Shown here: positions 40,585-54,668 of the stretch, piece by piece
How positions within the stretch are numbered: position 1 is the first letter of the stretch
Layout of the letters: every line of letters begins with the position of its first letter
DNA from: Antedon mediterranea
Taxonomy: Eukaryota; Animalia; Echinodermata
Assembly: GCF_964355755.1 (NCBI RefSeq)
Contig: NC_092673.1
Span: 434,001-498,000 of the forward strand
DNA length: 64,000 nucleotides
Direction: 5' to 3'
The notes under the pieces: model-generated
Database searches by the model: none
Told to the model about the DNA's origin: nothing
Seen by the model: the letters and a program-made list of their open reading frames with translations, nothing else
Translations under genes and position numbers: made by a program

Positions 40585-40670
40585 GGGAATGGGTGGGTGG
40601 GAGGGATGGGATGTTGGATGGGATGTGGCTAGGTGTGGGATGGGTGTGGGTGGGATGTGGGATGGGGTGG
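40585..40670 (+). repeat. G-rich low-complexity tract with G-quadruplex potential
   Basis: More than 10 GGG runs, including GGGTGGGTGGGAGGG. Confidence 0.85.
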
Positions 40671-42291
40671 AGTATCTCGGTTTTTACAGTATAATCATTT
40701 AAATGTGTAAATCAACCTTGCGCCATCAAAGATTCACTCATAATACGACTCTAATCCAACCTTGCACCACTAATCACTAGGATCCACCCATAATACCACT
40801 TTAGTACCCCCTTCCTGTATTCCTGGTTTAAAGCTAATTATTGTTGAAGGTGAAAAATACAAGCTGAAATAGTCGCACCCGAGTCGCACCACTTTTTTCT
40901 CACACTGTCAAATTGATTTAAGTTGTCGTAAAAGCTGCACTTTTTTCTCAGTATAAATTTTAAGTTTGGAAATATGCAAATTTATTACCTTCCATATTAC
41001 AAATGACACTAGGAACCTTCAGCTAATAAAGCTATATTAAATCTGCATTATATCATTTTTCGGTTTTTTTTCTTGTATAAAATAAATTCCAGATTTTATC
41101 AATTTACCTCCTAAAAGTATAAGCCAAACTTTAAGTAACAATAAGTACATGGTGTACAACACGATGTACTAATTTGGTAATTTTCCAGAAATTTAAACAA
41201 TTTTATTATTTTACCTGGGGGAACGTGTTATTCAAAATCATCAATTTTTAAAGTTTACCTTTAGGTATGATGATGTAATCTTGATTAAAGATCAATTTTA
41301 TTATTTTGATTTAAGCCAAGAAGCCGAAATTGTAAGCTCTGGGGAAACGCCAGAGGTGGCTACCCAAGTACTGAGCCCTTGTCCTTGTCCACAGATCAGA
41401 ACCTTGATAGGGAATAAGTTTAAAGTAACTGCCTAGAGTAATTCAGAGATGTAGATCAAAGCAAATCTCTGGGGACCCAGGCTTACCTAATTTTGAATAA
41501 GAAAATTCCAGGATATGAATATTTTGCAGGTGATAAAACAAATTCCAATTTTCATATCAAAATAATGACAAAGATCCTGTTGCTTTCAGCCCCCAAGATA
41601 TACTTATTAAACTACTGTGATTACAATCAATATTTAGATTTAATAAACCAAATAACAAAAATAACCTCTACCATTCACCAACTTTTAATTAGAAATAAAT
41701 AAATTTTAGATTTACACTACATTCTTACAACCTTGTCAAAACACATTTTGATTATAAATCAAACACTATTCCAAATTGTCAGAAATTGTAAAGAGGTTAT
41801 TCTTTAACGATCAGGGCCGGAAGAATATTGTTACAGATCATTAATAAATTTTGTAACCTTGTTATGATTAAGTACGACAGTGTATGACTTTGTATGCAAT
41901 TTAAAATCACAATGAAAATGACAATGAAAACCGACATGTTTTACAATCAATTAACTAATAGATTACGTTATGGCATGCTTATTTCATAGAAAATAACATC
42001 ATTACTATGGTACTGTACATTGTAACATTTTGCAAATAATAAATTTTTAAAATGTCATGCACTGAACTAGACTTATACAGTACTTCCTACAGTAAATAGC
42101 AGCATGTACGTTTTTTTTACATTACAGGTACAGTGACTACTATATTATTTCTTCATCTTGCAGGGACACAAGCACAAACAATATGCTGACAGCCTGGTTT
42201 GTGTTTATTCTTAAGTTTGTAAGGGAAATATGTAGGGGGAGTGGTGATGTGAAGGAGAAATCCTCTAAATTTGTCTTTATCACAAACTTAC

Positions 42292-42457
42292 CAGGTTTTT
42301 TACAGCATAAAACCCCAGTAATACCGGGTCTAAAAGAACATGACCTCCTGAAGTAAGTATCAACACAGCAACTTGCATCGATCCTACCACTGCCAATGCA
42401 GGACGTTTGACCTTGGTTCTGGTGAGGGCATGCTCGACCAACAGCTCCTAGATCATC
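42292..42457 (-). CDS. Secreted protein exon 3, Cys-rich domain 1 C-half (DDLGAVGRACP...SCIGSGRIDASCC...CSFRPGITGVLCCKKP)
   Basis: Acceptor TTTTTCAG and donor GTAAGT; 166 nt, phase 0 to 1. Paralogous to the exon at 26533-26735. Confidence 0.92.
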
Positions 42458-43890
42458 CTGAAAAAACGACAAAACCAAAAAAATATTTGAAATATTCTTG
42501 ACAACATGTAATAGTTTTTGTATGGTCATAAACATCTACTACTGACAATATGCAGAAACACACGTACGAAATGTTTGCAAATTTAGAATATGAAACTAAA
42601 AGCAATATCTTGGTGAAAGTGGGTATAAAGAATAACATGTGTTTTAGATTAAGTTCTTTAAAGGTGCCACTTTGACTAAATGTTGGTCCACGAAGAATCT
42701 GACCGGATTACACGCCATCCTAGGATCATCATTCCATGTTAAGCTAGGGATGTTGGATGGGGTTAACCGCCAGGCTTTAAGCAAACGAAGAAGATAACAC
42801 CCTCATCATGTAAGTCTTTTTTCCGCATACACACGCGTTGTTAGCTTAAGTCGATGATGATGGACGGCAGTTACTGACTGATATCATCTTAATTGTTCAG
42901 ATGTAAACCCATCTCTTCCTAAATATTCATTTAGATGGCTATCTTTTCTACACAAAGCACATTATGAAATAAAGCATTAGGCTAACAGGATTTGACAAAA
43001 ACTTTTACTTCTAAGTAGGATTTTTGCTTACGGGTGTTGTATTGGGAACTTAGCAAATACACTAATACTAATCTAGTTGCATTCAACATTAATTAAATAA
43101 GATTAACAATCTTGAGTTAATTAAACAAAAAAGTGTATTAGTGCTACTTACAAAGAAACAATCTATTGACCATGAGGTATATCTTTCTAAGTGGTTCTAG
43201 TGAATAGAGATTATCATACTTGTGACCAGGGTGTAAGTATCTACTTAAGATTTAGATTATATTTAAGTGCTTCAACTTCTATAAAAAATGGAGGTCTATG
43301 TATTTGAATGTATGCTGATTTATGAGCAATAAGTTGCAGATTCAAAAGACTCAAGACTTACAAATAACTCAACTAAGCCTCTGTAAAACAATTTATCAGT
43401 TGATGTTTACTTTGACCACACATGATAAAATGAACAAGAGGAAATAAAAGAAAACATTTATGGTGAATAAACATTTGCTATGTATCTGCTCACTTCAACT
43501 TCCTTCTTCATTTTCAACTATTAAAATGGTGAAATAATGGAAAAAAATACTGTAGGTCACTTCTTTAACAACTTAAGAAAGTACTTAGTATGAAACAAAT
43601 ATTGACAATCGTGTGAAAACAAGCTCATTAACGTGTCAACATGTTTGTACAAAGTCAACAGTGGATATAGATGTTATTTTCATATAAACGTCAACAACAA
43701 CATTGTGTGTTTTCAGAAAAATATTAAAGATTATGAAATGAGCTTGTGTAGACTTTGAATTGCATCTACGACTTAGAGCAAATCCAAGTGAAAAGATTCC
43801 AGACAAATCTGTAGCGTGTACAAACTGTGATATACTGTAGTTACAACTGAATTATCAATAAAGTCAATCAACAAATCAAATGTAATTTCA

Positions 43891-43983
43891 TGTGCCCATA
43901 TAGACATGATGATGTCATATCACTACCATATTTGAACACATCACACTTTTTTTGTCAACTAATTTGATAGTGTAGACAGAGTT
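43891..43983. mobile_element. MITE family A, left-truncated copy
   Basis: Internal GATGATGTCATATCACTACCATATTTG and right TIR TTTGATAGTGTAGACAGAG. Confidence 0.75.
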
Positions 43984-45257
43984 TAAGTTGTGGTTTACAG
44001 TGTCTCGTCATTTGGTAAAAACTTTAGTATAATATTATCACTAAAGTATTTAATATGGAGAATCACATATGGCTGTATCCTATAGCCTTTGAACTTAGAC
44101 TTCTTTAAACTCTGAGACACCGAGACACAGATAAAGATTATCTTTAAAGCTGGGTTTACACTCAACCTACACTAAGACTATCTTTAAGGTATTTTGTGGA
44201 GAAACACATATGGCTGTATCCTATAGCCTTTGGGTATTTAAACACAAAATTAAGACTATTATCATTTATTGTTGTAAAAACATCACATAAATCAAAGATA
44301 AATACAACGATTAAAGCAGTAAAAAGAGAAGGTAATAATAAACCAAGTAATTGACTTCAACAAAAGACTTCAAATCGGTTGGGATCAAAGGGACTTGCCT
44401 ACTGCACAGGTAACAGGTAATCTCGTCCATGTATACCTGATGCTAACGGAATATTATGAGAACCTTAGCTAAAGGACAGGATATCCATATATGGTGGTGA
44501 AAAGATATCAAATATGAAGACAATAACACAAACAAGTGAAAAAAGGAAAGGCTGGGTAAATTATAGAGACTCAAAAGATATGGATTGAAGACTGGGCCAT
44601 GGCAATGGAATGCAAGCCTGCATGGGTTCACTGACAAGTTTAATTTAAGCCGTTATTTTTTAATGTTCTTTTAATTTGCAATATTTTAATGTTATAGCCT
44701 TCACACACGCACGCTTTAAACTTTAAATAGCACATTCAAATCCCAAAGTTCAACCAATCATAAAGATCTAAGTGAAATTACTACACACCATGCTAATGAT
44801 TATTCAAATGAGATGCGGTCAATCGATAAGATTCTATGAGGTATTAAAGTTTATTTTTTTTAATTCGCATAAAACACCACACTTGATGCAAATTAACCTT
44901 AAGAACACTATTCACTCCCAACTGATGCTGTTTACACCCGCAATTTAATAGTTAAATCAAACGAGAAACCAGTCGCCACACTATAAATTCACAACTACAC
45001 ATGGGAGGAATTAGGTGGTGATCGATCGCTTCCTTACAGGTAAGGAAAATTCCCCCTGCGTGCGCCGGGGTTGGTCAACCAACGATACCTGTTCTCTTGA
45101 TGGTTTTTAATACATGTTGTATGTTTCTTTTTAGCAAACAAGACATTATGAAGGAAAAGAGTCAGGAGCCAGGTTTCCTTTGGTTTACTGAAGATAACTA
45201 ATCAGAAACAGTACTTTGCACATTATGCGTTATTTTCAAAGATAAATTTACCAATCC

Positions 45258-45332
45258 TGATTTCTAGGGGTTTGATTTCTAGGGGTTTGATTTCTAGGGG
45301 TTTGATTTCTAGGGGTTTGATTTCTAGGGGTT
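45258..45332. repeat. 15-bp minisatellite x5 (TGATTTCTAGGGGTT)
   Basis: Identical tandem units. Confidence 0.95.
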
Positions 45333-45790
45333 TTAGTTTAATCATTACAAGTATACTACTGTAGCTTAGTTTTACACACATATATAAACAAGTATACATA
45401 CTTAGTCACCATCTTATAACATTTTGATCCATTAAAAATGTTATTATTGTTGAGTGAAGAAAGAATATTGAAAGTACTGTTATTGTACCTGTCTGTATAT
45501 TGATATACAGTATTGCAAATAATATAGGAATATTGTGGTGAAATCAAAATTATGTCTGAACCAAAAAAGTACAGTGGCCATGATTTGTAAATCCAATAGT
45601 CAACTGTATCACTTCCTCTGGGATTACACTAACTGTCAGTTGTCTATCTTGTCTTATACTTATTTTAACTGGATGTTATATGTTTAAACTTTATTTATTA
45701 AATAATCCTAAAATTTGTTGATGTTTCAATATAGTTAAACTATCTCACATTATCCCATCAGGGGTGCTCTGTGTACAAACAGCTTGCTTA

Positions 45791-45929
45791 AATGCTGTCT
45801 ACACTATCAAACTAGTTTGACAAACAAGTGTGATGTGCCCAAATGTGGTAGTGATATGACATCATCATGTCCATATATGGGCACATCACATTTTGTTGTC
45901 ACATAAAGTTTAATGGTGTAGATATAGCT
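45791..45929. mobile_element. PIF/Harbinger-type MITE, family A copy
   Basis: CTGTCTACACTATCAAACTAG...GGTGTAGATATAGCT with TTA flanks. Confidence 0.8.
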
Positions 45930-48900
45930 TTAGAAATCTGTCAATATTATTTTAATTATTGATCAAGTATGTTTTAATGTCATTGTAGGCCTATATAATA
46001 TAGGCCTATCTGCCTTAATATTCTGTAACTCCTTCATTTCCTACAAGATTAAAATCGTTTAAAATTTGTCAACATAAAGATCCCCTGGGTGTCATCATGA
46101 AATCCCTTTCCACAACCCATCAACTAAAACAGACATCAACACACTCGCAAATATTTAGTCTTTATACGCATCGTCTATGGTGTGTTCAAATCTGTTGGAA
46201 TCTCTTCTGACACCGAACATTTTTTCGATGACATTATGAGAAATCATCCCTCATAACAGGTGAATTTGTGCACCTGTCATTATCAACTTACCCTATTAAA
46301 AAAGATGACCTCTAAGGCATATCTGTGTTGATATCTATTCATTTAATTTTAAGAGTCGTTTAGCAAATGTTATTTTTTAAATGTTAATATATAAAATGGC
46401 AATTTAACCCACAGTGCGAATGTATTAAGCGTGAATAATATTACAAGGTTGTTCTTTGAGTAGAAGTCCTTCTTGGAATTTCTTTAAGGAGGTTTATTAC
46501 ATAGATAATATACAAGATATATACCGTTGATTCACACCTAAAGTTTTGCTATATGCCACCTTTAAGAGAGCAGGAGGCTATATAAATCAGTTACGGGGAA
46601 GCACCAGACAGTCATGCCTCATGATTGACAAATCTTGAAAGAAAAATGTTTAAAGATAAAAGTAACGAAGCGTGTTGATTACCAGGCAAATTGACAGCTC
46701 TCTCAGTTGGCAGTTTGCAGCAGGTGTCTTGTGAAGACTTGACACACTGCTACACCTGTCTGTGTGTAGGGCAACATTCAGGCTAACAAAAGAAGGAGGC
46801 TACAGGATTTAATGAGGCACGCAGTGAATTAAGTACCACTCAAACACCCAACTTAAGTTAAAGTTACGTTACAAATTGGTAATTGATACATCTATAATTG
46901 TTTATACATTAATAAAAAAAGAAATAATTCTTACAAAAAACGCCGCTCAACTTATAATTGTTATAAATTAATTTTTAAAAATTGAAAAAATGTATACTAT
47001 ACTGTACATTAAAATGTACTAAATAAATATTTTGTTAAGCATAATTACTTAAAATAATCTAAAACCTATCATCCAGCTCCTATTATCATTAGAATGCCAT
47101 GTTCTAAAGTGGACTTGGTCTTCAGCTATTTTCTACAAATTTGCATCCATAAATATAGTATAATTTCATCAGACACAAAACATGTGTACCTATGTTTTAT
47201 AACCTGTCATAGCATAATTTTACTTCACAAATCTGTAAATCCATCACTTGTTGTAAGTATAAATTTTAATTTAAAAAGTTCACAAACACAACTTGATAAT
47301 GAACAGATATTGCATTAGGAATTTATTAGGAAACAACTGCATCCGGTCTACTGGGTACCTTTCTAGTATTAGTTACAGTAAAATATAGTGTTTACTTAAG
47401 CACTAGCCTATAAAAGTATGTGGTAACAAAATATGTAATCATGCTTTGATTGGCTATACATGTTTAACATTGTAATGTTGTGATTGGTTGAAAGTCATAT
47501 AGGATGAAGTCATTCAGGTTTTCTTAATATATAATACCAGCTTTGGGACTAGGACATTTTGATTTCAATGAATGCACTTAAACCGGAACTTAAACTATCT
47601 TTAACTGAATGTAGCTTATATTTTGTAATGACTACTTAATTGGTTGCCTCATGGTACTATAAGTTGCTATGTGCTCACTCAAGCAGATTTTAATGTGGTC
47701 AAAGGTCGCATCTGCTATGTTTTTAGCATCGCTGTAGGTAACGCCATATTAGACGTTTAAAACAACAGCATCAACTGATACTTATTGTTTTATTTCAACA
47801 CGATTAAATTCACTCCGGATTCAATTTCAACAAACTGTTTTCTTATAACAGTTTTATCTGATGAACCCGGCTTTTTGTTCTCTGCTAAGAAAATTCAGTT
47901 TATCACGTTTGTGAGGCAGAAGAGTCAAACGACACTCAGTGTGATCACGTTTCAAATCGTAAGTGACTTCAAGAGCATCGGCTATTAGTAAAAGACAACA
48001 TCCACGAGCAGGTGATATGAAGAAGTGCGTTTTCTGTTTCCGCGCCCCATGGGTCTAATGACAATACATTCCTGAATCTCTCTATGTTTGGTTAAATCCG
48101 ACCTGGTAGTAATATTACATTTCTAATCTTTCTGACTAGTTTACCAACATCCAAATTACAGGAAAATGAGGAACCATATTACATTTATTTTTATATCATA
48201 ATAAAAATTCTACTAAATGTGTCAAATAGAATTAACAGATTGAGATATTAGCTATGTGGATTTCAGTTAAAATCTATTATTGCGGTGAAAAGTGGAATGT
48301 ATGCTTAAAAGAAGTTCAAGAAGAATCAGTACATTCCACATGTGGTTTCAAAATTTAATTACAATACAATTTTTTTGTTTTTTTTATTACTAAAACATAT
48401 TCATTTCAATGACATTTTTACACATATTCATTTTTTTTATAAATAAACTTTTCGTAGCAAGTAAGTACTTAACAATTGGTTTACCGAAAGTTAAAATTTA
48501 TTTATAAAATATTTACTTGAAACCAGATGAAATTTTTCGAGAATGTTCATTTTTATTTTCTAACAATTTAATAAAATAAAATAGAATGATTTTTAAAATA
48601 AAAAACTTTAGACAAAAAAATAAAAACTGTGTTCCACTAACAAAAAAATGAATTCTAATGTCATGCCATTATTAATAATATTTCTCTATTGTTCTGAAGT
48701 AGTACCAGCACTACAATAGAACACTCATAAATGAATATTTTGACCTTAAATACTAATTACAACGTAAATGATTTTTAACACACCAACTAACAAGACTGTC
48801 CCTGTACAATTCCTGGATATTTTCATCTTAATATCTGTTGCTATGGAAACACCATGAAGCCAATTTTAAAGCAAACCTTGACAAAGAAGTCACATGACCT

Positions 48901-49007
48901 AAACAAGAAGCACACTATACGACAAGAAAGTTTTATTTACAGAACAGAGATACTTTAATTTTTACCCCTTTTTAAAGATAGTGACGAGCATTATTATAAC
49001 TATAGTA

Positions 49008-49166
49008 AGCTCTGTCTACACCATCAAACTTTATGCGACAAAAAAATGTGATGTGCCCATACAGTATGCACATGATGTCATCACTACCATATTTGGGCAT
49101 TTCATTACCATATTTACGCATATCACACTTTTTTTGTCAAACTAGTTTGATAGTGTAGACAGAGTT
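49008..49166. mobile_element. PIF/Harbinger-type MITE, family A copy
   Basis: AGCTCTGTCTACACCATCAAACT...AGTTTGATAGTGTAGACAGAGTT. Confidence 0.85.
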
Positions 49167-52100
49167 TCACATAAAGATATAAATAAATTGATCTCAAATT
49201 GAAAATTTCATGGTTCAACCGACTTTCACTCTAAATGTTGATAAATGATTGACTACTGCAATTGGTATCAGTAGACACCATAATCAAATCACAATGAGGT
49301 GGTAGATTGTTCACTTTTTAATTTTAATCCTTTAAGTTCTTAAGCTTAATTGCCTCTTTGATCTTAATTAGCTGGCCACTAACTTGTAATTAAGATTTAA
49401 TTATTTTCAATCAATAAAACACTATTTCAACACTACTGTTCACAAGAAATTGCAACTAGAAACCTGTCATACAATTTAATGCAAGTTTGGCATTGAGAGA
49501 TGCACTTTTCAATTCAATTTTTGTATTTTGTTAGTTTTAAGCAATAAAAACATTTAAAATAACTTAGTTTGTATACAGTCAAGGGCATCCATGAATACTT
49601 GACAATACTGTATCAAAATATTGAGATAAATTCATGTAATCAATTGGCCAATTGGTACTCAATTGATCAGACTTTATGGGGATATCTAGGGAGTTAAAGA
49701 ATTTACAATGCTTGGTGTTATACATCTATTACCGCTTTGATTCTAACGTTTTGATAATAATTTTGTTCATTTAAAACATATGGATATGTTGTAACTACTT
49801 GGATACAATCAAGAAAAACATCAGGAAAGAAGAAGAGTGCGTTACTTTAATATTCAGTTAGTTATTTCAGGTCCTTCCTATTAAAAAATATGCTAATATT
49901 ATTCCAACACTAAAATGTGTTTACAAATAATTACACAGAACAATTATCTTGCCCCGAAGCATAAGAACAACGTCGGAGGCAGTAGAAACAAAAACATATC
50001 GGTTGTCAGTGACAGTGACGCTAATATTCATTTAGCCGCAGTGATGTTTATGTTGCTATTCATCTGGCCGCAAGCTTCAAATAAATAAAAGAATTGCCGA
50101 TGATGACCACACTTCATGCGTGGTAAAGGTACTCAATACAATTCAAAAAATTCCTTTATCGTACATTAGCGGTTTAGTAGATAGGCAATCAATTGTAATA
50201 ACACAGTTGAACAAAACGTACAACACCGAATACACAGGGCAATAGATTTTTACTTGTTCTATTGAGGTAATAAAACAAATTGAAAGTAGTCTAGCTGTCA
50301 ATTCATGAAATTGATCTATGGTGGTGCGTTTTTTAATTGAAATTAATGTTCATAAGATCATTACAGAATGTCTTCACATGTATTTAAACTAAACAATTGT
50401 AGCAAGAAATTTGTGCAAAATCAATCATTTTTCTAAAAAAAATATTGAGAGTGCAAATCACCATATATTTTTCATTCACTTAAAAAATCCTAATTATGAT
50501 CCGACAAGAGAAATCTTCAATAAATAGCTGTCTAAATAAATATTACTTGTTGACAAAATCATTTCTGTAATATAAAAGTTTACAAGAACAATGTCGCATA
50601 CAAAAATGTGTGCTAATAGCTAAATGCCATATCACACTTTAACACTGATTTCCTAGACAAATTCACACTTAAATTAAGTAGCTAATGGCATTGGTATTTA
50701 CAAAGGAGTCAGCACATATTATTGCGTTGAAAGCAAGAAGAAAACAAATGGAAATATTTCAAGACATACAGCAGACTAAAGCACTTTAAAATAAATAATT
50801 CTGTCGCATAAAGCATCCTGTCCACAACAACCTAAATAACTAATCAGAAAAAATAATATTTAAATGTCACCAATACTTTTTTTTTGGACGACGCAAACAA
50901 TTTTTATGATGTAAAATTTAACAAAATCGAAAGTTTTTTAAAGTTAGCTTAGCCAGACAGACGGCAGTCTTAAGTTTTTTAATTTGTGTACACAGTTGGG
51001 CGTAAATGTAATTTTGTATCACTTTAACTTACAAGTCGTTTATCAAATTATCGGTGGTATAATTATGTGTTAAATGATGCATAGACAACAATGAATTCTG
51101 CTGGAAGTAAAGTCTCATGTTTATGTTTTGTTTCCGTGGCACTCCAAGTGGTGCAGATTAATCAATTTTCGAGACCTATTAAGTCATTAATTAAGGGATT
51201 ATTGACTTTCCTTTATGGTTACACACCTTGGGAGATCAACTGTTCAATAATTATATCACCTATATTTTTCTGATTCAACAAGTTACTAATTTGTAGTTTT
51301 TAAGTAAACAGTCCACAACTTCACTATGATGACCAAGGACGTAGTGAGCGGTTAAAAAGAGAAGAGTCAAAGATGCTTTAAATATAATTATTAATGTAAA
51401 ATATGATGATCTGTGCTGGAAAAATGGGATGGGTGGTTACGGCCCTGATTACACAATTTACAGTAAATATTTTAAAAATAAAACCTGGAGTTTAAGTACA
51501 ATGATACAAATAAGCCCAAACTAAAAACAACTTGTAGTATTTATGACAAAATTATGAAAGCCTATGAATGGTAATATCAGCTGGTGTCTATTAACTAGTT
51601 TTACTGTCCTGTCTAACTCTATACAGCAAGTCCTATGTCATCCCTTTGCAGGGGTGGTTCAATTAAGGCAATACCACCACTCCAGCGGAAAGTACCAATT
51701 ACTGTTTCTAATTAAGTAGTATCAGACACAGTTGGAAGATATTGGGGTCAGATGATTATGCTTTTTCCAAGTAATTTTACATTTTAAGTATTGCCTTAAA
51801 AAATTTAAATGTTATTAGTGATATTGAATACTAAAGTATACTAACTTTGATTATACATATCATAGCTAAATCATGTAATATATTAACTGTGGTTCAGGAG
51901 ATGATTCAATAATTTTAAGTAGGTACTAATTTTAATTTACTGGTGGGCATGTTATGATTTGTAACATTTTAACTTCTTTAATTTTATTAAATTAATTGTA
52001 AAATTGTCTTGTATTTGTGTTTTTTAAATAATAAATATACTTGAATGTAGTATGTAGGAAAGTTTAACCATAGTATTAATTAAACTTTAAGTAACTGTTT

Positions 52101-54417
52101 TATATTTGTGTATTTATCATCATTAATAGAAAAACCTCTGAAATTATGTTAATAGTTTACAACTGATGACAGTGCTTTCATCTGTGTGTAGTTGTCTACA
52201 CAGGAAGTATTGAAACATGGCCTATAGATTAAAATTACCTAACTTCCTACAATCATTACAATAATGTCAAAACCACTAATTGTTCATTCTAAACATTACC
52301 ACTTGGGTTATTTATTGGCTGCTATAAAACAATTGTAAACATTAGTACCTGTAGTTTATTTATTGTTGGCAATAAAAAAAAAAAACCAGTACAGTTATTT
52401 GTAAACAGATGGCAATGTGGTTAGTTCATTGACTGTATGGAAATAAGATAGAGACACATGCAAACAATTATATTATACAAAAGTATTATTTTATGCATTC
52501 TAGCCAAATAAACATTATGTGCTTGCATAAATTAACGATGTGAACAGTTTCTTCCTATATGAATTGTATTTCACCTTATTCTTTACTCAACCAGAATCTA
52601 GCACTGATGATAAAAGAGTGATTTTTGTATCACCTTCATGAAAGAGTATTTACAGTGTGCAAAATAAAATGTTGAAATTTTAACTTAATTCATTTATTTT
52701 TTGTATTGTATGTAAAATGGTAAATTTGTTGAATTAGAATATACCTAAGTACCTTGATAAATATAGGTACAATACTGTATATGGTGTATAATATCACTGG
52801 GGTAAAAACACAAGTATATCACCTGCAGTGCTACCCATGGAACCCACACTCTTTTAATCACACAAGTACAAAGCTCAATCCGGCAATTAGCATTTGGTCA
52901 TATATATAAATTAAAATATAAATTTGTAATTAAAGATCTACAAACGATCCATAAAAACATCTTACAGGTGTGTTATAGAACGTAGCGACGACGGAACAAC
53001 ATTCTTCAAATGTTTTCAGAAGTGCTTAATAATGTTGTTTGATACCTGAGCCAGTTATATTTTTTTAGCACTACGCTCAATCATGACTAGGTTAGGCACG
53101 CATCGTAGCCCGCATCACAGCATATACTCTATGATCACAGCTGTACGTATCCTTATCTTTGTAAGCCTACCCCTTAGGGCAAGCATCCTAGCAGAGCAGG
53201 GTGAAAAGGGAAGGCTGGGTACTAGTGTGAAATTGCTAAAATTAGCCCTGATGAGTATAGTTGCACTTAAATTAGAATGATTAAAATGACGCTTATGGGC
53301 TAATAACGGTTATAAATGAAACAGTGAGCAATGAATATAAAAAATAAATAACTAACTTGGGTGTTTATCCAAATAATAGAAATCAGTGTGTGGTTGCTAA
53401 ATATAGATTGGTTGATGTGAAAAGAATGTTAATTTGGTGATTAAAAGCACACATTTAAAGAACTAGTTCTATTAAACGAAATTCATTAATTTTGTAGACC
53501 ACCATGCAATAATGAAATTTTGTTATAATGTAAATGGCAGTAAAATTCTATTTTTACTATATTCTTCACAGTGATGTGTAACCAACACAATCATAAAAAA
53601 AAACAAAATTGAAATTGTTGATTATTCAATCTTCCAATTTGTACTTCTTGAATATGCTACCAACAAATAGACACATAAAAAATTCAGTGTTAAAGTGACA
53701 AATCCTCTTTAAACGATAAATTCCTAAGCATGTTTACACACTTGCCAATATTAGTTTGTTGTTGTGCCTATTTCTGATGACATACCACTAAAGCACAAAC
53801 ACGATTTGTTTGTTCCACAGGGATGTGGTAGAGTAGGAACAGTCGCCACAAAGCTGTTTGATTTCTACAACATCAAACCGTTCAAACAAACAGTTGGTTA
53901 ACACAGTGTGTAAAGAGATATTAGATACGGATAAGATAAGATCCGTATTGAAAAGTCTTTTGCAATAGACATAGTTAAGATTACAGATAAGATACTTTAA
54001 TACACAATTACATTCCTTTTATACTGTTGTTAAGAGGGTACCTAAACTTTCTACCTAGATGACAGGTTATAGAGAACTATGTTTATTAAATTGATGTATT
54101 TATAATGCATATGTATTGTGTGGAAGTTGTCTTTGTATAAATGCATACTATTTTTTTTTTTTTTTTTGTGGTTTTATCAAATTAAATTAGTGGGAAAAAT
54201 ATTTTAACTTTAAAAATTATCCAAATATCTAAAATATTAGTCTAGTTTAAAATGATGGTTATAGTTGTTTTTTTTACACAAACTAATGTGTTAATTTTGT
54301 AACCAGATCAAAATATCATAACAACTACCGACTATTGATCGCCTTATGATCAATAACTTTGACATCTAACACGTTGTTGGGTAGAGAAAGAAAGTGTGAA
54401 AATGGGTTTCATCTTAC

Positions 54418-54668
54418 TTGTTCTAGGTTTGTTTCACACGGTCGACAACCACCGCCATCTTGTGCAGCGTTAAATGCGAAGCATCCATCTATCGTCATGG
54501 CATCTTCCCAACTGATTGATTTAAGAAGGTTGGCATCCTCGTGCGAACACACGCTCCAACCGATTGCACAAATGTTGTTGGCTTTCTTTATATGTCCTTG
54601 CCAGGTTCCAGAACACACTGACAGTTTCTGATGGGAAACCAATCCCTCTGAACCTCCAAATGCACAAC
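54418..54668 (-). CDS. Secreted protein exon 2, Cys-rich domain 1 N-half (GCAFGGSEGL...CSGTWQGH...CAIGWSVC...GCFAFNAA...CRPCETNLEQ)
   Basis: Acceptor TTTACAG and donor GTAAGA; 251 nt, phase 1 to 0. Paralogous to the exon at 34558-34804. Confidence 0.92.

Noticed and set aside
45014-45031. Palindrome TTCCTTAC-AG-GTAAGGAA resembling splice donors on both strands
   Set aside because: I found no accompanying exon or frame; it is probably chance.
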